A DNA stretch of 63,292 nt, the filler included, from Octopus bimaculoides (lineage: Eukaryota): NCBI RefSeq assembly GCF_001194135.2. It is 5 parts of 5 records of this genome, joined end to end, with 100 filler letters (N's around TTAATTAATTAA, not from the genome) between each part and the next. Parts side by side here need not be neighbours in the genome. Positions count along the whole stretch, not along the records: positions 1 to 17,410 come from NC_068982.1; 4 more parts are not named here. One strand, 5' to 3'. Shown here in pieces: positions 1 to 14,904 of the stretch (position 1 is its first letter; each line of letters opens with the position of its first letter). The translations under genes were made by a program, and so were the position numbers. The notes beneath the pieces are model-generated. The model was given only the letters and a program-made list of their open reading frames with translations, made no database searches and was not told the DNA's origin.

Positions 1-31
<31 letters not shown>

Positions 32-741
32 TACATATATGTATATGTTTGGATGAGGGAGTGTGAATGTATGCCTGTATATATACGTATATTTATATGT
101 ATAAATTTCTAAATATATATTTATTATGTTATGTGTATGCATGTAAACACCTATGTGTATATGAAGATGAGGCTGCGTGCACATACACATATATATATAC
201 ATGTGTGCGTGTGTGGATATGCGTATATATATGAGTACGTACATACACATATGTTTGTGTGTGTATGTGCATGTACGTATACATGTTTGTGTGAGTGTGT
301 ACGTATGTAAACGTTGTGAACGCAGGAGGTTTATGTCTATGTATTGTGAGAATATGGTTTCGTGTAGTTTTATCTTTTTTCTTTTTCTACCTATTAGAGT
401 AACTTCCCTTTTATTCAACGGTTTTTCATACCGTCTGTTACCATTAATATCCGACGAGAATGCATCATAGCTCTTCGCCCCGACATTCAGAACCTTCTAT
501 TGTTTATTCTAAATTATACCATATATAAATAATCCTCTATTTATCTAATATCGAGGTCTCATTCTTTTGTTGTTACTTTTTATGATATATATATATATAT
601 ATATATATATNNNNNNNNNNNNNNNNNNNNNNNNNNNNNNNNNNNNNNNNNNNNNNNNNNNNNNNNNNNNNNNNNNNNNNNNNNNNNNNNNNNNNNNNNN
701 NNNNNNNNNNNNNNNNNNNNNNNNNNNNNNNNNNNNNNNNN

Positions 742-799
<58 letters not shown>

Positions 800-802
<3 letters not shown>

Positions 803-1830
803 TTGGGATGGACGGATGAATATTTGCAAAGGACGGTCTCTTGCATAGTTTCTATTCTCGTCAGTTCTCCGAGTAGCAACCTAATAATTGTACAGTGAAT
901 GTATTTGTGTTTCCGTTGTCTTTTTCCTTCCCCTTCACTCTATCACTCTCTCTTTCTTGTGTGTGTATGCGAATGATGGAGCAAATAAAAGAAAGTATTA
1001 CTCAATACATATATTAGTCTTGGTTCCACCTGTTCTTAACGGATCCTTGGGCAAGGACTTGCTTCCACTGAGTGCGATCTGCTGCAGACGTGTTTGCATC
1101 AGTCCAGGTCAGTTGCTATTCCTCGTGGAGAGTACTGCACCAATTTTGGGGCAGCCTTCCTTCACTTGTTAGTAGGATACGACCGTCCTTACTTTTATGT
1201 TTTGGAAAAAGAATTTCTGTGCACCTATATCTTGGCCATTAGCTGTTCTTTCGTTGTAGGGATTATTGGTGCTTGATCTGACGCTATTATTGGTGTGTTC
1301 CGTTGTATTCCTTGAGGGTTTCGGTGACTGGAAGGATCAAGGGAGTAGTCCTTATCATTAGGATATATTTCAGTAGTAATTGAACACAAAATGCCAAAGT
1401 TATTCTGTACACAGTTGGAAACTTCTACAGTAACAATCTTCTTGCATGTCCGGCTAATATTCCATCTGTAGTATTTTTATTTCATTCTGTTGGTGGTCTA
1501 TGGGTGTGGTTTGTATATACAACCTATCACGATTGTAGTGTATAGTGCATTGTATTCTTCGTTGTCGACAGTTTTTCGTTACTACAGAGAATTCCAGGCA
1601 AGATTAACGTCATTCATATTGGAACTAACTGTTTCTATACTAATGGTGATTCTAACTTACTAAGTCAGTATAGTTCCTTGCTATTTTTATCCCACTTCCA
1701 CATTGCGTTTTGCTCACTTGTTATTTTTGTGACGTCTATTTATAGGCTGCTGACATTTTTATAGAAAATAATATCAGGTCTGTTATTTTCAGCCTTCTGG
1801 TTTGTCTGTCTGTCTGCTACCATTTTCTAT
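800..1830 (-). mobile_element. Old RLE LINE 3' remnant, apparently interrupted by the 861-1197 duplicate
   Basis: ENNRPDIIF...IDVT near 1790-1730, PIIASDQAPIIP near 1290-1255 and IETMQETVL at about 860-825. Heavily decayed. Confidence 0.45.
861..1197 (+). repeat. 337-bp direct duplicate of 2656-2992
   Basis: Offset is 1795 bp. I see one mismatch (GTGTGTATGC vs GTGTTTATGC). Confidence 0.95.
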
Positions 1831-1928
1831 GATTTTCGTATAAAAAAGGGAAACTGATTAGTCAGGCCTGCCTGGAGCAGTTCTATTTCGGATCTCCAAG
1901 TATATTTGGTGGAAGATATTGGCATCAA

Positions 1929-2130
1929 ATTTTGGCACAATGCCAGCAATTTCATGGAAGGGGGATAGTCTCATTGACCCCAGTAGGCAACTGGTGCTTA
2001 TTTTATCGATCCCCAAATGATGAAAGGCAAAATCGACTGCGGTAGAATTTGAACTCAAAATATAAAGACGGGTGAAATGCCGCTAAGCAATTTGCTTGGC
2101 GTGCTAACGGTTCTGCCAGCTCGCCGCCTT
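1929..2130 (-). mobile_element. tRNA-derived SINE family A; other copies at about 13030-13150(-), 20672-20790(-), 20870-21055(-), 21165-21255(-), 48215-48420(+), 53447-53645(+), 57880-58065(-)
   Basis: Head GGCGGCGAGCTGGCAGAACCGTTAGC (box A-like) and GAGTTCAAATTC (box B-like); shared body GCCTTTCATC..GGGGTCGATAAAATAAGTACCAG. Confidence 0.8.
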
Positions 2131-2808
2131 ATATGTTGGAAGACACTAACAGGCATTCTGTTGTAAAATGTTTATGGTTTCAAAACTACACCACTTTGGC
2201 GATATATCTTGTACAGGAATTACAGATATGACTATCGGTGGCATTGAAGTTGGTATCTTAAAGCAAAATGTTGGTTGTACTTCCCCTTTATATTCGATAT
2301 GTTTTATCCAGCTCAAATTCATTGTTATTTTTAAGTAAAGTATTCAGCTTGTGGAAATATTTCCATACAAGAACATACCAGTCTTTATAGTTACTTATCG
2401 TATGATTGGTATGCTTATTTTTGTCGAAACCCCAACATCCACAAAACAGACACAAAATTCTTGTTTGCATTCACTCTCCAATCTATGAACATCAGGTTGG
2501 GCCTGCCAACAAGTTCTAATCAGTTAACGGCCACCATATATGCTAACAGGGTTATTTTGCCTGGACATTGCTTTTTAATCACTTGTCTTTCTTTTCTTTC
2601 CACTCTTTATTCTATATTTTGAGAAAGGACAATATCCGAAGCCTCATAATCGGTTTCAGTTCTCCGAGTAGCAACCTAATAATTGTACAGTGAATGTATT
2701 TGTGTTTCCGTTGTCTTTTTCCTTCCCCTTCACTCTATCACTCTCTCTTTCTTGTGTGTTTATGCGAATGATGGAGCAAATAAAAGAAAGTATTACTCAA
2801 TACATATA

Positions 2809-4375
2809 TTAGTCTTGGTTCCACCTGTTCTTAACGGATCCTTGGGCAAGGACTTGCTTCCACTGAGTGCGATCTGCTGCAGACGTGTTTGCATCAGTCC
2901 AGGTCAGTTGCTATTCCTCGTGGAGAGTACTGCACCAATTTTGGGGCAGCCTTCCTTCACTTGTTAGTAGGATACGACCGTCCTTACTTTTAATTGGAAC
3001 ACTGCTCTCACGACGGCTTCTACTCAATTCTCTAACTATCCGGTAAAGTGTCTTGGTGTCGTTAGCGTCCGCTGCTTCTTGTGCTTCTACTGTTTGTCCC
3101 CTAGCTACTTCCTCTTATCCTTGCGGCAGCTCTTTTTTTTATGTGTTTGTTCAACTTTTTGTATTTTGAATCCTCTGTACTCCACTTTTTATGTTTTGGC
3201 CTGGTCCCTTATTGCTTCGACCTTTTCACTCTTGTCGACAAGACTCCACGAGTTGTCTGTAATCCATCGATCCCAGCGTGTTCCTCTTCTTCCGAGTACT
3301 TCATCTGTATTCTCCCTCACAATGTCGTCTGCATGTTCCAGTGCCTAGAATCTGCTTTGCATTACCTCGTGAAAAATATCTGCTGTCCGCAGGTCTTTCA
3401 ATCTTTCTACTGCGTACGATCTCACTTTCTTTGCAACTTTGTTTTTCTTCAGCTTCAAGCAAACTTTTCCTATCACAAGAGTGTGGTCAGATTCCAAATC
3501 TGCTCCCCGGTAGACGCAAAAGTCTTGAAGAGAACTACGCCGCCTTGTGCTTATAAAGATATTGTCAATTTCATTCCTTATGTTTCCGTCAGGTGATGTC
3601 CACGTCATTTTGTCTGAAGAAGGTGTTTCCGACACTAAGGTCACAGGTGTTGCCGAGATTCAGCAATTTTTCTCCATGGCTGCTGATTTCTGGTAAGCAA
3701 CGAAGGCCAATAATCGATCCAATACCCTTTCTGTCTGGGTTGATCTTGGCATTGAAATCACCTTTGACTAGTTTGAGATCGAAACTAGAGGATTCGCCAA
3801 TGACACTATGTAGCTGCTTGTAAAATGCGTTCTTAACATGTTTCAGCTGAGTCTGTCGGGGTATAAATTTGCACTATGGTCACTTTTGCAATTCCAATGT
3901 TCAACTTAGTTGTGATTAATCGGTTGATAACTGGCTCCCATCCAATCAGTGCTTGTGATGCCTCCTTACTCAAGATGATACCGACACCATGAATAGGCTG
4001 GTCTTCATGCCCAGAGCACAGAACATTTATTCCATTGCAGTGGAATTGCCCCTGTCCAGTCCATCTGATCTCCCTGGCACCCATTACGTCTAGGCAATAA
4101 GCTTTCATTTCCTTCAGCGCCTGGTCCATCCGCCCTGCTTGAAAAGAGGTACAAACGTTCCAAGTACCGACTTTGATTATATTTTTGGTATTGAAGATTT
4201 TGTTCATCAGAGCTCGATCTTCCTTACAGATTTCCCTCGAACTCGATATACTCGCATCTGTAGATGATCTACCGCCTTTCCTCCGCCTCTGTATATGGCT
4301 GTTATTGTGACTCGTCGTTTCCATAGCAGGTCTTTCTTTTACGAGGTGGGGTTGCTAACTCTACGCTCAACCCTA
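2809..4375 (-). mobile_element. RTE LINE with the RT domain deleted (5' UTR and APE endonuclease fused to the C-terminus)
   Basis: RTE-type 5' UTR GGGTTGAGCGTAGAGTTAGCAACCCCACCTCGTAAAA; GTWNVCTS, GVGIIL, GDFNAK, TWTSPDG.IRNEIDNI, SDH; then PIKSKDGRILLTSE fused at about 2955 to GRLPQNWC...TWTDA...DRTQWK...NQD*. Confidence 0.85.
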
Positions 4376-4779
4376 AACATATACATACACAGACATATAC
4401 ATACACATGCATTTTAATAACTGTACATTCCTTTATCGACAAAGTAATAAAATATGTATCTGTATGTGTATATGTCTACGTATGTGTGCAATTGCGAGTA
4501 TATATTTGAGTGTGTGTGTATACAACTTTGACTGATGCATAGCGGTGAACAATGTGTAAATTTTCCTATTTCATTAGTAAAGAAATACTCTCTTCGATAA
4601 TTCTGGTCACAGTAAATATCATGAATCTTTGAATGTCTCATTGGAAACCTAAATCCATCGTCAATTTATTCTCAAAATACGGGATATACAAGAAAAGAGG
4701 AAAAATACAATGTCGATGGTAATATGATGAACGTGGTAGAAATTATGATCGTTATGGTTTTGTTCATGCTGGTAGAGAT

Positions 4780-5850
<1,071 letters not shown>

Positions 5851-6593
5851 GCTTCTGTTGATGTTGGATGCGATAAAGAACGGCTGGTGGCGCTGTTATA
5901 CATTGTATCTGCCGGTAGTATTGTTATCTGATGCTTTTGAGATTGTTGTGTATCTTTACCGTCATCCCCAGCTCAATATATCCAAACACGAGCAAACAAG
6001 GGTGCATTTTCTACACGGTCATCAAACTGCTAGGAATAACAGCTAAACCTCACACAAATTGCATCCTATTGTCATATCAAGGACGCTTTGAGTCAGTTAG
6101 TGCACGGTTTCCTCTTCATAGGAAAATACGTGATGGTCAGAACCAGAATGTCTTTGATCATTGGTTTGATTCATCAGGGCTGACTTATGCTAAAAAAACA
6201 AACAACAACATTCACATCCAAACAACGAATATTTAGGCACCACTGTTTCCGCTCTATTGTTTGTTTATTGATTGCTTCACAGATGTAACTATTAAACTTA
6301 AGAAGTTCAGTTTGGGTTTTTGTAATATCAAACTGTCCGAATATTAAATATAAGAACGCGGGTATAATAAACGTGTCTGTTCTGGAGAGAAGACCAGGTA
6401 ATGGCTATAGGATAAACGAGGGAAAACATTCATATACATGACTAAATTATGTGGTAAGAAGCTTGCTTCCCAACCACATGGAACAAGGTTCAGTTTCACT
6501 ACGTGGCCCCTTGGACAGGTGTCTTTAACTATAGCCTCGGACCGACCAAATCCTTATGAGTGAATTTGATTGACGGAAACTGAAAGAAGCCCG

Positions 6594-6634
<41 letters not shown>

Positions 6635-6734
6635 GTCAATCCAAACACGAACAAGCTAGAAAAAGCAACAAAGCAAGGACGTGAAATGAGTACAGTGTTA
6701 TTGGACGCTCAGGAAAGAAAAGAAAAGAAAGAGG

Positions 6735-6769
6735 ATTTCACGTTTCGAGCGGAGCTCTTCATCAGAAAT
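6735..6769 (-). ncRNA. Minimal hammerhead motif; cleavage-site base is G in this copy, so probably inactive
   Basis: Minus strand: AUUU CUGAUGA A GAGC ucc GCUC GAAAC GUG AAAU. Lies within a repeat-like segment at about 6630-6900. Confidence 0.6.
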
Positions 6770-7759
6770 ATAGAAAAAGTCCAAACAAGGAAAGTCGGAG
6801 AAAGAAAATCGCCAACGATACACATGTGGTCACATACTGAAATGACCGGAATGGAATGGGTGAATAAAAAGTTCTTTCAAAGACAGGAGAGTGCAAGAGA
6901 AGGAGGTATGTGTGTGTATGTGTGGGTATGTGCATGCGTGCAGGTCTGTGTGTGTGTATGTGTGTAATGACAGCACCTGTGTGTGTGTGAGTAATGATAC
7001 CACGTGTGTATGTGTGTGTGTGTGTGTGGTTGTGGCTGTTTATGGATGTTTATGGATGTTTATGGATGTTTATGGATGTGTCTGTTGTGTGTCAACCAAC
7101 ACATGTGCATAGGAGAATGGTCAGCAGAAAGGTACTGATAGTTTGAAGTAAGTATGTGTGCGTGTATGTATATGTGGTGTGAGTTTTTTTTTGCAGTGTG
7201 TGTGTGTGTGTGTGTGTGAAACCAAGAAAGAAAGATCAGGCTTGGCCGAACACCGGTCACGTGGGGGGGGGGAGAAGAAAGGGAGATAGAGGCAGAGGGA
7301 CAGAAGAATTAAGGAGGGGCAAGAAAAAATGACAGGGACACAGTGAAGTGAAAAGAGGAGGGAAAGTGAGCAAGAAGAGAAGGCAGGGAAATGTGAGAGG
7401 GGGGAACGAAAGAACGAAGAGTGGAATGAACGAATAAGCGTGAAAGGGCTGATAGAAAGAAAGAATAGAGTCGTACAACTTTAAGATAAATATATACTTA
7501 CATATAAGAGAAAAAGTGAACGTACGCCGCTATATATATATGTATATATATATATATGTGTATATATAAATACAAAATGGGACAAGAACGCAAAACATCC
7601 AGGCAGTTAGGTGATACAAAAAGGGGACAATAAAACATCCAGATAGAGGATACAAAGAAAATTAGGACGGGTGTTTCGGAGTTTTCTTTCCTCAGTCGAG
7701 TTCCAGATTATCTTTGCAATTTCGGCTGGTTATACTCGAGATAGGATTCTTTACACACA

Positions 7760-7811
<52 letters not shown>

Positions 7812-7829
7812 AAGAGAGAGAGAGAGAGA

Positions 7830-7873
<44 letters not shown>

Positions 7874-8105
7874 CATGTGTGTGAGAGAGAGAGAAAGAGA
7901 GAAAAACACAGTGTGTCTTTGTGTCNNNNNNNNNNNNNNNNNNNNNNNNNNNNNNNNNNNNNNNNNNNNNNNNNNNNNNNNNNNNNNNNNNNNNNNNNNN
8001 NNNNNNNNNNNNNNNNNNNNNNNNNNNNNNNNNNNNNNNNNNNNNNNNNNNNNNNNNNNNNNNNNNNNNNNNNNNNNNNNNNNNNNNNNNNNNNNNNNNN
8101 NNNNN

Positions 8106-8161
<56 letters not shown>

Positions 8162-9549
8162 AACACACACACGCACACACATACGCACACACACACACGT
8201 GTGTGTGGGAGGGGCATTACTAGATCCTGCAGTACAACATACTCTGATCTCGGTTACAGAGTTATCCCGTCTTTTTGGTAAGTCCCGAAATCGAAGACAC
8301 AGAATAATCTCAATGCATAGGCTAATGAAAATGCTTGTGAAACTGCTTCGACTGTTCAGCGTTTTCATGAATATGGTAGACAAATTCCTAAAGCTGGGTC
8401 AAGTAAAAGATGAAGGAAGGGAGAGATAGAGTAACGTTATAAAAGTGATCAATCACATAATTCATCATAAGTATTACCTGTTCGCTACATAAAAGTCCCT
8501 ATTAAATATTATGGTACAATACTGCACTAATGAGGACAAAAGCGATATTTTTAGCCTCTGCTGATATTTTGGCAGTTGAAGTTGTAGCAGCGCAAGTCAT
8601 CTCCAGTAAATATACGGTCGGTTCGATAACTTGGAATGACATAGACACTCCTTGGAATGTAGTATGGAATATCTTAGGTCTTCTTCTTTTCAGTGTTCAA
8701 CTTTCTGCTAAGTGTACTTTAGTCATTGATCTAAATACTGATAGCTGTCTGTCTGATTGTGTGTCTTTCACAGACTCGTCTTTAATTCGATAATCCTAGA
8801 TATGGATCTGTCACTGGACTTCTTCGTTGATTAACCCATCAGATTAAGAACTGCATTTGCACGTTTTACGAACACTACATTGTTATCACTAAATATTTGA
8901 CTTCCTCTTTTGCCAAGTCGCATTTTTATGCAAATACACACACACATACACACACACGCTCCCATCAAAACGCCTACTAAGTGCAAACGTAAACAGGCCT
9001 GACATAGTTATTTGTGAGAAAAGAAGTCATATACAGTCATAGATGTTAGCTGTCGTCCAATTGAGAACCTCTCTTCTAAAATCATTAAGAAAAGGAAAAT
9101 TTAAGAACTGCTACGACCTGCAAATTTATCTAACCTAATTATAAATATTCATTTATTTTCATAATTATTGTTGAAAAATCTAAGCGACAATCTGGAGAAT
9201 CTCAGGTTTTACAGTAAATTAAGAGACCGGCTAACATGAAATTACAAATAAAATCTGTAAGCAGAAGAGTAAAAATATGCAAGATTTTCAGAAAGTTGGA
9301 TATATAATAATCATCGTTGTTGTTATTCAAATTTTAGCGATAGATATCTTGCTTCTTTGTCGGAACCCAGTTCCTTCTTAGGTAGAATACCAATAAAGAA
9401 AAAGAAAATATATATTTACACATACATACACACACCCGCACACACACACATACATAGACACTCACGAACACACACATACATACACACTCATACACACACA
9501 CATATATACAGACATAAATAAAATTACATAGTTACATACAATATATATG

Positions 9550-9605
<56 letters not shown>

Positions 9606-10233
9606 TACATAGACAAACATTCATACATGCGTTCATACATACATACATATAAATCTATATAGGTTAATATATATATATCCATATGTAACTGTATAACTGT
9701 ATATTCATGTGTGTATGTATATAGATATGCATGTGTATATCATGTGATCCGTATTATCTTTCTTCGCCGGGAGCGCGTTGTCTTATGTTCTATTGAATAT
9801 TTACATGTATTTGCTGAAATACAACAATGGATCACATGCTAGAAGCGGAGGCGGAAGTGAGAAATACAATATACAACACAACACATCCCAGTTTCGATGG
9901 CCAAATACCAATATGGCGACCAAGCAAGATAAAAGGAATACATTTCTCTTTTACAGAGAATACAATATCACTGCTAACTCTATCCAAATATTGTTATTAT
10001 AATCCAAAATGTACATACATACATACATACATTCATACATACATACACACAGATATATACATATATCCATACATACAAACATTCATTCATACGTACATTT
10101 ATATATATATATAATTGAGTACGTATGTGTATGTATGTATATATAAATAATATAAATATATATACATTGTATATAGATATATATATATTATATATTATAT
10201 ATATATACATATTAAATGTTATATATATATATA

Positions 10234-10273
<40 letters not shown>

Positions 10274-11997
10274 NNNNNNNNNNNNNNNNNNNNNNNNNNN
10301 NNNNNNNNNNNNNNNNNNNNNNNNNNNNNNNNNNNNNNNNNNNNNNNNNNNNNNNNNNNNNNNNNNNNNNNNNNNNNNNNNNNNNNNNNNNNNNNNNNNN
10401 NNNNNNNNNNNNNNNNNNNNNNNNNNNNNNNNNNNNNNNNNNNNNNNNNNNNNNNNNNNNNNNNNNNNNNNNNNNNNNNNNNNNNNNNNNNNNNNNNNNN
10501 NNNNNNNNNNNNNNNNNNNNNNNNNNNNNNNNNNNNNNNNNNNNNNNNNNNNNNNNNNNNNNNNNNNNNNNNNNNNNNNNNNNNNNNNNNNNNNNNNNNN
10601 NNNNNNNNNNNNNNNNNNNNNNNNNNNNNNNNNNNNNNNNNNNNNNNNNNNNNNNNNNNNNNNNNNNNNNNNNNNNNNNNNNNNNNNNNNNNNNNNNNNN
10701 NNNNNNNNNNNNNNNNNNNNNNNNNNNNNNNNNNNNNNNNNNNNNNNNNNNNNNNNNNNNNNNNNNNNNNNNNNNNNNNNNNNNNNNNNNNNNNNNNNNN
10801 NNNNNNNNNNNNNNNNNNNNNNNNNNNNNNNNNNNNNNNNNNNNNNNNNNNNNNNNNNNNNNNNNNNNNNNNNNNNNNNNNNNNNNNNNNNNNNNNNNNN
10901 NNNNNNNNNNNNNNNNNNNNNNNNNNNNNNNNNNNNNNNNNNNNNNNNNNNNNNNNNNNNNNNNNNNNNNNNNNNNNNNNNNNNNNNNNNNNNNNNNNNN
11001 NNNNNNNNNNNNNNNNNNNNNNNNNNNNNNNNNNNNNNNNNNNNNNNNNNNNNNNNNNNNNNNNNNNNNNNNNNNNNNNNNNNNNNNNNNNNNNNNNNNN
11101 NNNNNNNNNNNNNNNNNNNNNNNNNNNNNNNNNNNNNNNNNNNNNNNNNNNNNNNNNNNNNNNNNNNNNNNNNNNNNNNNNNNNNNNNNNNNNNNNNNNN
11201 NNNNNNNNNNNNNNNNNNNNNNNNNNNNNNNNNNNNNNNNNNNNNNNNNNNNNNNATATATATATATATATATATAGACAGAATGATGTAAAAAGGAATT
11301 ACTATCATGATGGGAGCAGCTACTACAACAGAAACAAGAACATGAATAACAATAGTGTAAAGCTCTAGCAGAACTTTCAAGAACAAGAAAAATATCGAAA
11401 ATACGATTTTTGCTGTTTTTTGTTTGTTTTTTTTCTTCTTTTTTTTTTCTCTTTCTTTTTTCGCAAAGATGATAAAAGACGAAGTTGTGTTTTGGGTATG
11501 AAAATATCAACAAGAACTAAAAAAATTTGTAACAACAATATTAACAGCAGCGGCAGAAAAAAAGTAACAAAAAATATAACAAAAATCACCAACAAAGACA
11601 TAAAACAGCAGCAGCAGCAGCAGTAACAAGAACGACAACAACAACAACAACAATAGCAAAAGCAAAAATGACAACAACAACTACAACAGCAGAAACATTA
11701 AAACACGAACACTGATGGTGATGTCAATTATTGCATCGTAAATTTAATAACAGCAGCAGCACCAGCAGTAGTAGTAGTAGTGGTAGAGGTGGTGGTGATG
11801 GTGGTAGTGGTGCGAATTGCCGTTGACGGAGTTGGGTGATGGTGGTAGAGTGGTAGACTTTTGCTAGATTGGTAGTGGTAGTGGTGTTGACTTCCTTACT
11901 TGACAGGAAGGCCAACTAAATGCAATAAACATAATAATACAATAATATAGAGAAAACGCTGAAGTTTGTGTGAGTATGTGTGTGTGTGTACAGATAC

Positions 11998-12109
<112 letters not shown>

Positions 12110-13339
12110 GAGACTGTTTTTTTTATCCAAAATGGAGACGAACACCATTCCTCCATGTGATGGGCTTGAAAAATTGTTCATTTATTAAAATATTTTTCTT
12201 AACATGAAACCAATGGTAGCCTTACTACAAAAGAAATTCTATCTACCAATTCAGTGTTGAGCACTCATTTTCATCATTCGACATTTACGTATATATATAT
12301 TTATACATAACAGTCATCTGTATGTTCTGAAAATGTAAGTTTTCCAAACGAAGTTCACTTCATATTCAAGGTTCTGATGGAGCTATAAGATGTTATTCTG
12401 CTACTCAACTAAAATTCCATATCACCTTATAGCAGAAACAGCTTTAAGCTAATGAAGTTCATGACATAACATTTGTTTATTCCGGTGTCATATCTTTGTT
12501 TACTATTACCGCTCAATACTCATATAACATTGTGTTCTGAACCATCAGTATATTGAGTTCTACACCAAGCTCCGTATATTGAGTTCTACGCGCGCACATA
12601 CATGGCTTAGTGCTTAGGCTGTTGAACTCATGATCGTATGAGTGTGATCTAGATTCCTGGACAGGGTGCTGTGTTCTGGAGTAAAACACTTCATTTCACG
12701 CTGGCTCCAGTTCACTCAACTGGCAAAAATGTTATCCTGCGACAAACCAGCGGGAAAATCGGCCTTATATGCCTAATTGACTCATGAAGGAGCTTTTTAT
12801 ATACATGCATACGTATAGGTATGGTTATGTGCCCAATGAGTCCACTTCGCAATCACGTGATCTCAGGTTCTGTCCATTGTGAGGCAAATAGGTAAGTGTA
12901 TTGTATTGAAGACTAAGGTCATCAAGGACAGGTGGGTCAAGTCGATGCAGAAAGAAAAGCTAAGTTGTCCCAACTGCTCGATGTGGAACTTGAATGAGCT
13001 GAAATTTCAGAAAATATTATTTCAAATTTTTACACAAAGCCAGCAATTCCAGGGGAGGGGATGAATCGATTACATCGACCCCAGTGTCCAACTGGTACTA
13101 CTTTTTTGCAACCACGAAATGATGAAAGGCAAATCGACTTCGGCGGAATTAGAACAGTGGAAAAATATCAGAAAAGCAACATATTCTGCTTCACTTGAAG
13201 GTCTTGGTCTGTTAAGGTGTAAGAATCAAGATTAATGCAATGAAGATAATAATTGAAAAATTGCACGCCTCTCATAGAGTATGGATTACCGACAAAAAGC
13301 CTTTAGTGAAAAAGAGATTACATTTTAACTATAAACAAA

Positions 13340-14110
13340 CTGTTCAACTGTTCTATTTGAACGAAAAGGAGAAAAATAAATGTCTAACAATCATCGGTTG
13401 ATATCACAGCTTTCTTTGGTTTTGAAAGATCTTTGCTCGAGTTGTTCCCAACAGAATAATAACTCACCTGGTAGATCACGTTAATCCTGAATCCCAGTGT
13501 GGTTCCAGGGCTGGGAGAGGAACCAATAGACATGATATACTATTTGTGACACGTTGCAGAGAATGTATGTGAGAAGAGCAGGGAATTAGTTATAATCTTT
13601 GTTGACTTAACAAAGGCTTTTGACTTCGTCAGTCGTGATGCTTTGTGGTCAGTGCTGAGAAGGGTGAGATCCTTTATAAAATGCTCAGTGCTATAACATC
13701 CTCTCATGAAAACATGAAACCTCGGATGGCACTTCATCAGACCCATATAAAAAATGGAACAAAGCATGGATGCGCATTGGTCCCGGTTTTGTTTGCTATT
13801 TTCTTTTTTCATATGGCTTGAGTATGCCTTCAAGGGCAGTAATAATGGTGTTTTGTTTGAATTAAGAAGATCAGGTCGGTTCTTCAATTACCAAAGATTA
13901 TAAGCGAAGAAAGAAATACTTTTAGATTTTTTGTTTGCTAATGTTGCGGCTCGAGTAGCAAAATCTTTCCACGAAGAACAAGGAGTTGTTTGTTGATTAT
14001 CCACTGCGGAAAAAAAATCTCCTTCAAACGTTTAAGGTGTGAAGGATGCAGTTTGATTTTTAAAAACAATGTAGGTCTAGTGTCTCACAGAAGACACAAA
14101 CAGCAAAATG
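13340..14110 (+). mobile_element. Decayed RTE (BovB-like) RT fragment plus C-terminal Zn-finger piece
   Basis: PESQCGSRAGRGT.DMI, IFVDLTKAFDFVSRDALW, NGTKHGCALVPVLFAIFF, CEGCSLIFKNNVGLVSHRR. Confidence 0.75.
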
Positions 14111-14407
14111 TGGAACGAAGAAAGAAAGTAAATTTCTTTGAGCTACATGCGGCGCATGCGACGAGAGAGTTCATTATGTATGTATAGTTTAGGACAATCA
14201 GTAAGTTGTCATAATAGTACTCGGAGTTTCAAATGCCGGAGTTAAGAGCTACGATGCATTCTTATCGGCTATTAATGGCAATAGACGCTATGAAAAACCA
14301 ACTAATGCGACAATCAATGCTCGCATCTACGGTCAGCAATTAGAGCGTTTGAACGCTGCTTTGAAGAAAAAAATGGCCTGCTTTAGTGAACCAACAGGAA
14401 GTTTGTT

Positions 14408-14665
14408 GTCTATGTATTGTGAGAATATGGTTGCGTGTAATTTTTTATCTTTTATATTTTCCTACCTATTAGAGTAATTTCCCTTTTATTCAACGGTTTT
14501 TCATAGCGTCTATTGCCATTAATAGCCGACGAGAATGCAGGTAGCTCTTAGCTCCAGCATTTGAAACTCCGACTATTATTATAACAAATTACTCATTATC
14601 CTAAACTATACATATATAAATATTCCTCTATTTGCCTAAGATCGAGGTCTCATTCTTTTGTTCAC
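14408..14665 (+). repeat. Interspersed repeat X, second copy at about 330-578
   Basis: Shared TGTCTATGTATTGTGAGAATATGGTT, CTACCTATTAGAGTAA, CCGACGAGAATGCA and TCGAGGTCTCATTCTTTTGTT. Confidence 0.85.
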
Positions 14666-14742
<77 letters not shown>

Positions 14743-14904
14743 TTATTATTATCATCATCATCATTACATATATATTTATGTATGTATGTATGTATACATA
14801 CATATATATTCAAATATAAATTAGAAGCATCGCTAGTGTTGTAAACATTATCGGACACCCATACTCAATGTATGTGATTTGCTTGTTCGCCAGTAGACTG
14901 CGAG

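Noticed and set aside
7668-7700. CTGAGGA...CCGAAAC...GTC on the minus strand as another hammerhead
   Set aside because: Stem I cannot form and stem II is poor.
9980-11513. Long ORFs in the track spanning N runs, and poly-YI/HT/LSIY/L/V/N ORFs throughout
   Set aside because: They are products of gaps and microsatellites, with no coding signal.
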